From assembly GCA_963754175.1 (NCBI GenBank), contig CAVWES010000028.1:18701-82700 (forward strand): a stretch of DNA of 64,000 bases, read 5' to 3'. Shown here one piece after another: positions 1 to 9,507 of the stretch (within the stretch, counting starts at the first letter, position 1; each line of letters starts with the position of its first letter). A program made the translations under genes and the position numbers. A model generated the notes under the pieces. It saw nothing but the letters and a program-made list of their open reading frames with translations, made no database searches and was not told where the DNA came from. This DNA comes from an uncultured Gaiellaceae bacterium (GTDB lineage: Bacteria > Actinomycetota > Thermoleophilia > Gaiellales > Gaiellaceae).

Positions 1-1377
1 GTCGAGGCGATCCGAGCCGAAGAACTGGGTGAACGCTCCGCGGTCGGCGTTGTAGCCCTCTCGGAGCACCTCGTCCTTGATCGCCTTGCGAACGGCCTTC
101 CACCGCTCGAGCGGGCCTTCCCGCCCGAAGCGCTCGATCGTCTTGACGGCGCGGTCGAACGCGACCCAGGCCATCACCTTGGAGTGCGTGAAGTGCCGTC
201 GCGGCCCGCGCACCTCCCAGATGCCCTCATCCGGCTCGCGCCAGCCGGACTCGAGCCAGTCGAAGATCTTCTGGGTGAGCCGCCACGCGCCGTCCGAGGC
301 GACGAGCCCGTACCTGCGCGAGTTGTAGAGCGCGTCGACCACTTCGCCGTAGACGTCGAGCTGGCGCTGGCCGGACGCGCCGTTCCCGACGCGAACGGGC
401 CGCGACCCCTCGTAGCCGCCGAGCCACGGGAGCTCGAACTCGGTGAGTCGCCGCTCGCCCGCGACGCCGTACATGATCTGGAGATCCTCCGGCGAGCCCG
501 CGATGGCGCGCAGGAGCCAGTCCCGCCACGCACCTGCCTCCTCGGTGTAGCCCGCGCGGATGAGCGCGAGGAGCGTGAGGGTCGCGTCGCGGAGCCAGCA
601 GTAGCGGTAGTCCCAGTTGCGGACGCCGCCGACCCATTCCGGGAGCGACGTCGTCGGCGCGGCGACGATGCCGCCGGTCGGCGCGTACGTCAGAGCCTTC
701 AGCGTGAGAACGGAGCGGTGGACGGCCTCGTGCCAGCGTCCGCGATACGAGCACGTCTCCGTCCAGTGTTCCCAGAACTCGATCGTGGCCGCGAGCGCTT
801 CCTCCGGGTCGACGGGCTCGGGCGGCGGTTCGTTCGAGGGGAACCACCGCAGGACGAACGGCACACGCTCACCCTCCGCGACCGTGAACGACGCGACCGT
901 CCGGAGATCCTGGCCCTCGTGCTCGACCGGCGTGCGCAGGAGCACCGCATCCGGGCCGGCGATCGCGACGAGCGTCCCGTCGAGATTGCGCACCCACGGC
1001 ACGATCGAGCCGTAGTCGAAGCGGATCACGAGCTCCATCCGCATCTCGACGCGACCGCGAACCCCTTCGACGATCCGCACGAGATCCGGCTTCGTCTCGC
1101 GCGGCGGCATGAAGTCGACGAGGCGAACCGCTCCGCTGTCGGTCTCGAGCTCGGTCTCGAGGACGAGGGTGTCGTCGCGATACCGGCGGCGCGTCGAACG
1201 GAACTCGCCCGCCGGCTGAATCGTCCAGTGTCCGTTCTCGGAGCTGCCGAGAAGCGCGGCGAAGAGCGCTCCGGAGTCGAAGCGGGGAAGGCAGAGCCAG
1301 TCGACCGCACCGTCTCGGCTGACGAGGGCCGCCGTCTCGAGGTCGCCGATCAGCCCGTAGTCCTCGATGAGCGCCAC
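1..1377 (-). CDS. Glycoside hydrolase family 15 (glucoamylase/trehalase-like); 3' end lies outside the window
   Basis: This minus frame is absent from the ORF track because it runs off the window edge. My translation gives VALIEDYGLIGDLETAALVSRDGAVDWLCLPRFDS... and ...VRNWDYRYCWLRDATLTLLALIRAGY...RQLDVYGEVVDALY..., which is typical of GH15. The GTG start at 1377-1375 overlaps the upstream stop (TAGTG). Confidence 0.85.
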   Translation of the reverse strand, partial: MALIEDYGLIGDLETAALVSRDGAVDWLCLPRFDSGALFAALLGSSENGHWTIQPAGEFRSTRRRYRDDTLVLETELETDSGAVRLVDFMPPRETKPDLVRIVEGVRGRVEMRMELVIRFDYGSIVPWVRNLDGTLVAIAGPDAVLLRTPVEHEGQDLRTVASFTVAEGERVPFVLRWFPSNEPPPEPVDPEEALAATIEFWEHWTETCSYRGRWHEAVHRSVLTLKALTYAPTGGIVAAPTTSLPEWVGGVRNWDYRYCWLRDATLTLLALIRAGYTEEAGAWRDWLLRAIAGSPEDLQIMYGVAGERRLTEFELPWLGGYEGSRPVRVGNGASGQRQLDVYGEVVDALYNSRRYGLVASDGAWRLTQKIFDWLESGWREPDEGIWEVRGPRRHFTHSKVMAWVAFDRAVKTIERFGREGPLERWKAVRKAIKDEVLREGYNADRGAFTQFFGSDRLD

Positions 1378-1694
1378 TACTGCTCTCCCTGGAGGAAGGA
1401 CGCGTAGCGCCCGAAGCGCTTCCGGGCCTTCCGGTCGAACGCCGCACGGTACTCGTCCGCGGCCCGGCCCTCGAGCGATGCGGCATACGTCTCGCGCGTC
1501 TCGTACAGGCCCTCGCCGATCGCATCGACGACGAGCTGGTAGTCGCCGTAGAGCTCCTCGGACTCGTCCGCGGCCGCCGTCGTCCAGGCGTGGTCGGCCT
1601 GCCGGGCTTCGGCGAGCAGCGGCGCGCGATCCTCTTCGAACAGCTCGAGCTGGCGGTCGACGAGCTCGTCGAAGCGACCGCGCCGGAAGATCAC
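1377..1694 (-). CDS. Hypothetical small protein (about 105 aa) between the GT4 and GH15 genes
   Basis: C-terminal part of ORF 1377..1940: VIFRRGRFDELVDRQLELFEEDRAPLLAEARQADHAW...RKARKRFGRYASFLQGEQ. The GTG at 1694 overlaps the GT4 stop (GTGA). I recognise no family. Confidence 0.5.
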   Translation of the reverse strand: MIFRRGRFDELVDRQLELFEEDRAPLLAEARQADHAWTTAAADESEELYGDYQLVVDAIGEGLYETRETYAASLEGRAADEYRAAFDRKARKRFGRYASFLQGEQ

Positions 1695-2746
1695 GCGATC
1701 TCCCGGTAGAGCTCGAGGTGTGCGGCAGCCGAGGCGTCCCAGGTGAGCTCCTCGCGCGCGTGCTCGGCCCCGCGTCGCGCCGATGCCAGTGCATCCGCGT
1801 CGCCGAGGAGTCGCCGGAGCGCCGCGGACATGGACTCGACGTCTCCGGGCGGCACGACCGCGCCCGCGCCGAAGCGGCCCGACGACCTCGCCGAGCCCGC
1901 CGATGTCGTAGACGATGGCGGGAACGCCGGCCCCGAGCACCTGCAGCAGCGCTCCGGAGACGTCGATCTCGGCCCGGTAGGGAAAGAGCGCGACGGTCGC
2001 CTCCGAGAGAGCGCGGCGCAGCTCCGCCTCCGGGAGGTATCCGAGTCGCCACTCCGCGCGGTCCCCGGCGTGCGCTGCGGAGACCGTCGAGCGGCACGCG
2101 CGGATCCCCGACCACGAGGAGCCGGGCGCCGTCGACGCCGAGCACCGTCTCCACGGCGTCCTCGGTCCCCTTGTACGGACGGATGAGCCCGAGACAGAGG
2201 GCGGTGCGCCCGTCGTCGGCGTGCTCCACGTCGGAGCGGAAGACCGGGTGCGCGATGACGCGGAGCTTCTCGGCGGGGAGGCCGAAGTCGACGAGCTGCC
2301 CTCGCCCGCGCTCCGAGTGCACGACGACGCGGTCGAAGCGCTCGAAGAGCGCTCTCCACAGCGCCGTCTTCGACAGCGTTCGCCGGGGGATGATGTCGTG
2401 GGCGGTGAAGACGGCCGGGCTTCGCGGCCGGAAGAGCCAGCGGTCGGCCTCGGGCGCGCCGAGCCACTGGACGTGGATCACGTCTGGCTTCGCGAACGGC
2501 GAAGCGGGCCATGCCGAGCGGGTGCTCGAGCGCCTTGACGCCGAGCCGGAGCCGGTTCCCGTTCAGCCGCGAGGAGAGCGGGTAGAACCATTCGCGCACC
2601 TCGTAGCCGTCCGGCGGCGCGACCGATCCGAAGCGGAAGCGCGACGTGACGAGCTCGACGTCCGCCCCCGCCCGTGCGAGCGCGGCGGCCAGCGAGCGGT
2701 CGTAGGGCGGCGTGTACGCGGGGGGATCGGCGACGACGACGCGCAT
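1691..2746 (-). CDS. Glycosyltransferase family 4 (frame-disrupted in this sequence)
   Basis: In ORF 1691..2746 the N-terminus (MRVVVADPPAYTPPYDRSLAAALARAGADVELV) and C-terminus (GDVESMSAALRRLLGDADALASARRGAEHA) look GT4-like. The middle (KPDVIHVQWLGAPEADRWLF...; FPYRAEIDVSGALLQVLGAGVPAIVYDIGGLGEVV) reads in two other frames, implying about 3 frame switches. Confidence 0.8.
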   Translation of the reverse strand: MRVVVADPPAYTPPYDRSLAAALARAGADVELVTSRFRFGSVAPPDGYEVREWFYPLSSRLNGNRLRLGVKALEHPLGMARFAVREARRDPRPVARRARGRPLALPAAKPGRLHRPRHHPPANAVEDGAVESALRALRPRRRALGARARAARRLRPPRREAPRHRAPGLPLRRGARRRRAHRPLSRAHPSVQGDRGRRGDGARRRRRPAPRGRGSARAARRSPQRTPGTARSGDSDTSRRRSCAALSRRRPSRSFPTGPRSTSPERCCRCSGPAFPPSSTTSAGSARSSGRFGAGAVVPPGDVESMSAALRRLLGDADALASARRGAEHAREELTWDASAAAHLELYREIA

Positions 2747-2786
2747 GGACGGGAACCTTAGAGCTGCTGTCGTCAGAATCCCGCCC

Positions 2787-3850
2787 GTGACCTTCGAGGA
2801 GGCGCGCGCGCAGTTCCCGGTGCTCGAGCGCTACGCGTACCTGCAGGCCGGAAGCGTCGGCCCGCTCGGGCGTCCCACGATCGAGGCGATGTGGGCGGAG
2901 GAGGCGACGGGCCTCGACGAGGGACGCGGAAGCTACGCGCGGTTCATGAAGCTGCTCGATGCACGCGAGCAGCTGCGGTCGGACATCGCCGCTCTCGTCG
3001 GTGTCGCCGCCGATCGCGTCGCGCTCACGGCGTCGACGACGGACGGCTGCAACATCGTCCTCGCGGGTCTCGATCTGCGCGACGGTGACGAGGTGATCAC
3101 GACGACCGACGAGCACTTCGGCCTCCTCGGGCCGCTGCACACGTCGAGGGCGAAGGTCGTCGTCGTCGAGCCGGATCCCGAGCGGATCGTCGAGGCGGTG
3201 ACACCGCGCACGCGCCTGCTCGCGCTCTCCCACGTCCTGTGGACCACCGGTGCGGTGCTGCCGGTCCACGAGCTCCGCGCGACGACCGGGTTGCCGATCC
3301 TCGTGGACGGGGCGCAGTCCGTCGGCACGATGTCGGTCGACGCGGGCGGTCTCGACTACTACACCGTGTCGGGGCAGAAGTGGCTCTGCGGCCCCGAGGG
3401 AACGGGCGCACTCGTCGTCGCCGAGCCCGATGCGCTCCGCGTCGCTCGCCCGAGCTACCTCTCGCAACAGGCGTACGAGCACGACGGAGTGTTCGTGCCG
3501 AAGGAGGGCGCAGCCCGATTCGACCCCAACCTCATCCCCGGCCGCGAACACGGTCGGGCTGCAGACGGCGATCCGGACGATTCCCTCCTGGGCGTACGAG
3601 CGCGCCGCCGAGCTCGCAGAGCGCTTCCGGGCGCGTCTCGGCGAGGCAGGGCAGGACGTGATCGTGCCCGAGAGCCGCGCGACGCTCGTCTCGTGGCGGG
3701 TCGCCGGCAGACGAGTCGGCGGACGTCGTCGCGAGACTCGCCGAGGCCGGCGTGATCGTCCGCGATCTCCCCGGCCGCGGGCTCGTCCGCGCCTCCGTCG
3801 GCTGGTGGAACGACGAGAACGACCTCGAGCGCCTCGTCGCGGCGCTGTAG
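2787..3850 (+). CDS. Class V aminotransferase / cysteine desulfurase-like PLP enzyme (2 frame switches)
   Basis: ORF 2712..3755 contains VTFEEARAQFPVLERYAYLQAGSVGP...YYTVSGQKWLCGPEGTGAL, including the PLP lysine motif. The tail continues in two other frames (NTVGLQTAIRTIPSWAYERAAEL..., then ...VIVRDLPGRGLVRASVGWWNDENDLERLVAAL) to the TAG at 3848-3850. Confidence 0.8.
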
Positions 3851-3859
3851 GGTCGAGGC

Positions 3860-4613
3860 ATGTGCTTCGACCTCGACTCCGCGCCGCCGATCCCCGCCGA
3901 TCTCGGGCGCAGCGGTGTCGCACGACGACCTCGTGCTCGAGGCGGCCGACGGGAACCGCTTCGCAGCCTTCGTCGCGTCGCCCGACGACGGCGCACGCGT
4001 CGGTGTGGTGATCCTTCCCGACGTCCGCGGGCTCTACCGCTTCTACGAGGAGCTCGCCCTGCGATTCGCCGAGCGCGGATATGCCGCCGTCGCGTTCGAC
4101 TACTTCGGCCGGACGGCCGGAGCCGAGAAGCGCGACGACGACTTCGAGTACATGCCCCACGTGCAGCAGACGACGCCGGACGGCGTCCAGGCCGACGTCG
4201 CCGCGTGCGTCGCGCACCTCCGAGCCGCCGGCTGCACGTCGATCTTCACCGTGGGCTTCTGCTTCGGCGGGCGAAACTCGTGGCTCGCGGCCGCTTCCGG
4301 GCACGACCTCGCCGGCGCGATCGGCTTCTACGGGCGGCCCGGGCCGGGCGGCGACGGCTCACCGGGACCGACGCAACGAGCGGCGGAGCTCGCGGCGCCG
4401 ATCCTCGGTCTCATGGGCGGCGACGACCCCGGGATCCCGGTCGAGGACGCGGAGGCGTTCGACCAGGCCCTCGCCGCTGCGGGGGTCGAGCACGAGATCG
4501 TGATCTACCCCGGCGCCCCGCACAGCTTCTTCGACCGCAAGCAGGAGGAGTTCGCGGACGCGTCGGAGGATGCGTGGAGTCGCGTCCTCGCCTTCCTCGA
4601 GCGCTACGCCTAG
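3860..4613 (+). CDS. Dienelactone hydrolase family protein (1 frame switch near the 5' end)
   Basis: ORF 3915..4613 contains ...VVILPDVRGLYRFYEELALRFAERGYAAVAFDYFGR...FTVGFCFGG...YPGAPHSFFD. The expected N-terminus MCFDLDSAPPIP sits in another frame starting at 3860. Confidence 0.85.
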
Positions 4614-5185
4614 TTCGAGTCTTCGGCGGTCCTGAGGCCGAGCTCGCGTGCGATCGGCTGCATCGCGGCGACGACGTTCGCGATGTGCTCGTCGAGCGAG
4701 AGCTCCAGCAGCTCGGCGCCGGCGTAGACCTCGTCGCGGTGCACACCGGCTGCGAAGGACGGCTGCTTCAGCTTCTTCTTCACGGACTTCGGCTCGAGCC
4801 CGTCGAGCCCGGTCGGCCGGACGAGCCCGCACGCGTGGACGAAGCCGGACAGCTCGTCGCACGCGAAGAGCACCTTCTTGAGCTGCGTGTCCCGCGGCAT
4901 CGCGAGGTGCTCGGCGTGCGAGAGGACCGCGTCGATCAGCTCGTCCGGATACCCCTCCTCGCGCAGGATCGGCGCGCCGTCCTGCGGATGCTTGTCGAGC
5001 GTCGGGTGGATCTCGTAGTCGAAGTCGTGGAGGAGGGCGGTCGCGCGCCAGAGCTCCTCGTCCTCGCCGTAGAGGCGTGCGTAGGAGCCGACCGAGGCCT
5101 CGACCGCGAGCGCGTGCCGGAGGAGCGCCTCGCTCGTCGTGTAGCGCGTCAGCGTCTCCCACGCTTGCTCACGGGTCGGCCGCAT
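4610..5185 (-). CDS. HD-domain phosphohydrolase
   Basis: Last 191 aa of ORF 4610..6364: MRPTREQAWETLTRYTTSEALLRHALAVEASVG...LLHDFDYEIHP...VLSHAEH. Start ATG is at 5185. Confidence 0.8.
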   Translation of the reverse strand: MRPTREQAWETLTRYTTSEALLRHALAVEASVGSYARLYGEDEELWRATALLHDFDYEIHPTLDKHPQDGAPILREEGYPDELIDAVLSHAEHLAMPRDTQLKKVLFACDELSGFVHACGLVRPTGLDGLEPKSVKKKLKQPSFAAGVHRDEVYAGAELLELSLDEHIANVVAAMQPIARELGLRTAEDSN

Positions 5186-5209
5186 GGCGCAGTACCATAG
5201 CCGCCGCCG

Positions 5210-7184
5210 TTGGACCCCCAGGTGAGTCAGAAGACCGTCGCCGCGTACGGAACGTGGTCGTCGCCGATCTCCGCGGAGATGGTGGCACGTGCGGGCGTAC
5301 GGCTGACGATGCCGTGGATCGAGAACGGCGTCGTCTGGTGGCTCGAGGGCCGTGCGACCGAGGGCGGGAGGGTCGCCCTGGTCAGGCGCGACCCGAGTGG
5401 CGACGTGGCCGACGCCGTCCCCGCGGGCTTCAACGTGCGCTCGTCCGTGCACGAGTACGGCGGCGGGGCGTACTGCATCCACGATGGAGTCGCCTTCTGC
5501 TCGCGGTTCGAGGACCAGCGCCTGTATCGCGTCGACCCGGGTGCCGAGCCCGTGCCGATCACGCCTGAGGTCGAGCGCCGTCGTCACCGCTATGCGGACG
5601 GGCGCGTCACGCCGGACGGCGCCCTCTGGATCGGCGTCCGCGAGCGCCATGCCGAGAGCGATCGCTCGGCGGACGTCGTCAACGAGCTCGTCGCGATCCC
5701 GACCGACGGGTCGGCCGAGCCGCGCGTCGTCGTCGGCGGCCGGGACTTCTACTCGACCCCGCGCATCTCGCCCGACGGCACGCGGCTCTGCTTCCTCGCC
5801 TGGGATCTTCCGTGGATGCCGTGGGACGGCTGCGAGCTCCACGTCGCCGACCTCGCGTCCGACGGCAGCGTCGGCGGTGTCGAGCATGTCGCCGGGGTCG
5901 ACGGGTCCGAGTCGATCTGGCAGCCCGAGTGGAGCCCGGGAGGCGACCTCGTGTTCGCGAGCGATCGAAGCGGCTGGTGGAACCTCGAGCGCATCCGGGA
6001 CGGTCGGCGCAGCGAGCTCCACGCAGCTGCGGCGGAGTTCGGCTATCCCGCCTGGTCGTTCGGAGCGCGCTCGTTCGCGTTCCTCGGCGACGGGCGGATC
6101 GTCTGCGCGTACGAGACGGGCGGCTTCACGCACTTCGCGGTCCTCGACCCCGAGACCGGCGAGCTCGACGAGCTCGACCTCGGGCTGGACTCGCTCTCGG
6201 GCTCCCTCGTGCGCGGAGGGCATGCGGGCCGTCATCGTCGCGGGGTCCACGACGTCGCCGAGCGCAGTCGTCCTCGTGGACGTCGCGTCCCGTACGACGG
6301 AGACGCTCCGCTCGAGCGTCGAGGTCTCCCTGCCCGCGGAGAGCTTCTCGGTTCCACGGAGCATCGAGTTCCCGACCGAGGGCGGCCTGACCGCGCACGC
6401 GCTCTTCTACCCGCCCGCGAACCCGGACTTCGAGGCACCGGACGGAGAGCGTCCGCCGCTGATCGTCGAGAGCCACGGCGGGCCGACAGGGAGCGCGTCG
6501 CCGATCTTCAGCCTCGGCACCCAGTTCTGGACGAGTCGCGGCTTCGCCGTCGTGGACGTCGACTACGGCGGCTCGACGGGGTACGGGCGCGCGTACCGCG
6601 AGCGGCTGAACGGGCAGTGGGGCGTCGTCGACCTCCAGGACTGCGTCAACGCGGCGCACTACCTCGTGGAGGAGGACGAGGCCGATCCCGACAGGCTCGT
6701 CATCACCGGGGGGAGCGCCGGCGGCTACACCATGATCTGCGCGCTCACCTTCACCGACGTCTTCGCCGCCGGGACGACGTACTTCGGCATCGCCGATCTC
6801 GAGCAGTTCGGCGGCGGCGAGACGCACAAGTTCGAGCTGCAGTACGAGCACACCCTCATCGGTCCCTACCCCGAGCGCGCCGATCTCTACAAGGCACGCA
6901 GCCCGATCCACTTCACGGACCGCATCACGACGCCGATGCTCGTGCTCCAGGGCGCCGACGACCGGGTCGTGCCGCCGTCGCAGGCCGAGCTCATCGTCGC
7001 GGCGCTGCAGGAGCGAGGGGTCCCGCATGCCTACCTGCTCTACGAGGGCGAGGGGCACGGCTTCCGGAAGGCGGAGAACATCGTCGGCTCGCTCGAGGCC
7101 GAGCTTTCCTTCTATGCTCAGGTCCTCGGGTTCGAGCCGTCCGGCCCGATCCGCACTCTTGCGATCGAACACCTCGACCGCTGA
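5210..7184 (+). CDS. S9 family serine peptidase (prolyl oligopeptidase / acylaminoacyl-peptidase type; 1 frame switch near 6210)
   Basis: The beta-propeller part is in ORF 5210..7195. The hydrolase part is in ORF 5352..7184 (...IVESHGGPTGSA...VITGGSAGGYT...VLQGADDRVVP...EGEGHGF). Confidence 0.85.
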
Positions 7185-7191
7185 CCCGGAG

Positions 7192-8513
7192 ATGAGCCAG
7201 CTGGAGACCGCCAGTAGCATTGCCCGCGCGATGCAGTCCTTCGTGATCGAGGGCGGCCGCCCCCTGAGCGGGACGGTGCGCGCCTCGGGCAACAAGAACG
7301 GCGCGCTCCCGATCCTCGCCGCGTGTGTGCTCGCATCGGAGGAGGTGCGGCTCTCGAACGTCCCGCGCATCCGCGACGTCGAGACGATGGTCGAGCTCCT
7401 CGCCGATCTCGGCGCAGACGTCGAGTGGACCGGCCCGAACGAGGTCCGCATCGACCCGCAGGACCTCACGAGGACCGACCTCGACGCGGAGCTGGCACGC
7501 GAGATCCGCGCCTCGTTCCTCCTCGCGGGGCCGCTCCTCGCGCGCTTCGGGCGGGTCACCGTTCCGCCGCCGGGCGGCGACGTGATCGGCCGCCGGCGGC
7601 TCGACACGCATGTCCATGCCTTCGCCGCACTCGGCGCCGACTGTCGCACATCGACGGCGTCTACGAGCTCGCGTCCGACGGGCTTCGCGGCACGCGCATG
7701 TACCTCGACGAGGCCTCGGTCATGGGCACGGAGAACGCGATCATGGCCGCCGTGCTCGCCGAGGGCGAGACCGTGCTGGGCAACGCCGCCTGCGAGCCGC
7801 ACATCCAGGACCTCTGCCGCTTCCTCGTCTCGCTCGGCGCCGACATCGAGGGAATCGGGTCGAACGTCCTCCACATCCACGGGCGCTCCGAGCTCCGCGG
7901 CGGGGAGTTCCGCATCGGGCCGGACCACATCGAGGTGGCGAGCTTCGTGGGGCTCGCGGCCGCGACCGGAGGCGAGGTGGTCGTGACGGACGTCGAGCCG
8001 GACGACCTGATCTCGATCGTTCCCGCGTTCCGCAAGCTCGGGGTCGAGATGGAGGTGTCCGACACGAACGTGCGCGTTCCCGCCGGCCAGACGCTCCACA
8101 TCGAGGACGATCTCGGCGGCCAGATCCCGAAGATCGACAGCGGCGTCTGGCCCGCGTTCCCCGCCGACCTCACCTCGATCGCGGTCGCCGTGGCGACACA
8201 GGCCCACGGCACGATCCTCATCTTCGAGAAGATGTTCGAGAACCGCCTGGTCTTCGTGGACAAGCTCGTGACGATGGGGGCCCGCATCATCGTCTGCGAC
8301 CCGCACCGCGTCGTGGTCACCGGGCCCGCGAAGCTGTACGGCGAGCGCCTCGAGAGCCCGGACATCCGTGCCGGGATGGCGATGCTCATCGCGGCGCTGT
8401 GCGCCGAGGGAACCTCGACGATCGGGAACATCCGCCAGATCGACCGCGGGTACGAGCGCATCGACGAGCGGCTGCGCGAGCTCGGCGCCGCGGTCGAGCG
8501 CACCGAGCTGTGA
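7192..8513 (+). CDS. murA: UDP-N-acetylglucosamine 1-carboxyvinyltransferase (1 frame switch near 7630)
   Basis: ORFs 7027..7986 and 7323..8513 contain ...FVIEGGRPLSGTVRASGNKNGALPILAA...PPPGGDVIGRRRLDTH... and ...MGTENAIMAAVLAEGETVLGNAACEPHIQDL...NIRQIDRGYERIDERLRELGA. Confidence 0.9.
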
Positions 8514-9010
8514 CGAACGCGGGAGCGGCGAGGATCGACCTCGCCGGGAGCGTGAGCCAGGTCGCGACGGGGGTCGCCGTCCTCGACCACCTCCTCGAGG
8601 AGCTCGGCGCCGCGGGTGGGTTCGGGCTGAGCCTCGAGATCGCCCCCGACGCTCCGGAGGCGGAGGTCGGACGCGCGGGCGAGGCGCTCGGCGAGGCGCT
8701 GGCCCCGCTGCTCCACGAGGAGGGCGCAGGCCGAGGGTTCGGGATCGCACCCGCCGACGAGGCGCTCGCGATGGTGGTCGTCGAGGCGTCGGGGCGCCCG
8801 CTCGTCGCGTCGAACGCCGACCTGACGTCGACGCGGGCCGGAGGCCTGCAGACGGACCTCGCCGCGACGTTCCTCGACGAGCTCGCGAACGCCGCGGGCC
8901 TGACGATCCACGTGCGGCTCATCGAGGGCGAGAACTCGCAGCACGTCATGTCCGCCATCTTCAAAGCGCTCGGCATCGCGCTCGCGCGCGCGACGAGAGG
9001 AGACATGTAA
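8510..9010 (+). CDS. Imidazoleglycerol-phosphate dehydratase (HisB)-like protein with degenerate metal-binding motifs
   Basis: Tail of ORF 7610..9010: VTNAGAARIDL...TGVAVLDHLLEELGAAGGFGLSLEI...PADEALAMVVVEASGRPL...LTIHVRLIEGENSQHVMSAIFKALGIALARAT. This aligns along its length with IGPD. The GTG overlaps the murA stop. Confidence 0.7.
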   Translation: MTNAGAARIDLAGSVSQVATGVAVLDHLLEELGAAGGFGLSLEIAPDAPEAEVGRAGEALGEALAPLLHEEGAGRGFGIAPADEALAMVVVEASGRPLVASNADLTSTRAGGLQTDLAATFLDELANAAGLTIHVRLIEGENSQHVMSAIFKALGIALARATRGDM

Positions 9011-9406
9011 TGGCCGAGAAGGACGTCATCCGCACCGACCGCGCGCCCGGGCCGTTCCAGGGAGCTCCGTACAACCAGGCGATCCGGGTCGGCGATCTCG
9101 TCTTCGTCGCGGGCCAGCTCGGGATCAGCCTCGAGACCGGGGCGCTCGCGGGCGCCGGCGTCGCCGAACAGACCGAGCAGATCATGGCGAACCTCGGTGC
9201 GATCCTCGAAGCGGCGGGAAGCGGGCTCGACAGGCTCGTCAAGACGACCGTCTTCCTCATGGACCTCGGCGACTTCGCCGCGATGAACGACGTGTACGCG
9301 AAGCACGTCGGCGATCGCCCGCCTGCTCGCTCGACGGTGCAGATCTCCGGGCTGCCGAGCGGCGCGCTCGTCGAGATCGAGGCGATCGCGCACACTGAGC
9401 TCATGA
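9010..9406 (+). CDS. RidA/YjgF family reactive-intermediate deaminase (no in-frame stop in this sequence)
   Basis: MAEKDVIRTDRAPGPFQGAPYNQAIRVGDLVFVAGQLG...RSTVQISGLPSGALVEIEAIA. The ATG overlaps the upstream TAA. TGA codons at 9396 and 9404 are each one base out of frame, so the 3' end is approximate. Confidence 0.8.
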
Positions 9407-9430
9407 CCGGACCGCGAGTGCGGTCCGGTC
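9405..9430 (+). terminator. GC-rich hairpin (11-bp perfect stem, GAGT loop) directly after ridA
   Basis: GACCGGACCGC-GAGT-GCGGTCCGGTC, followed by a second small hairpin GCGCCgaacGGCGC. There is no U-tract. Confidence 0.4.
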
Positions 9431-9507
9431 GCGCCGAACGGCGCTCGCGCTCGGCCGTCTCGGCTGCCGAGCACGGACCTCAGCGATCCCGACGGCAGAA
9501 TGCGCCC

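Noticed and set aside
6126-8750. An 874-aa minus-strand ORF.
   Set aside because: It is Arg/Pro/Gly-rich nonsense antisense to the S9 peptidase, murA and the IGPD-like gene, all of which have clear family signatures on the plus strand.
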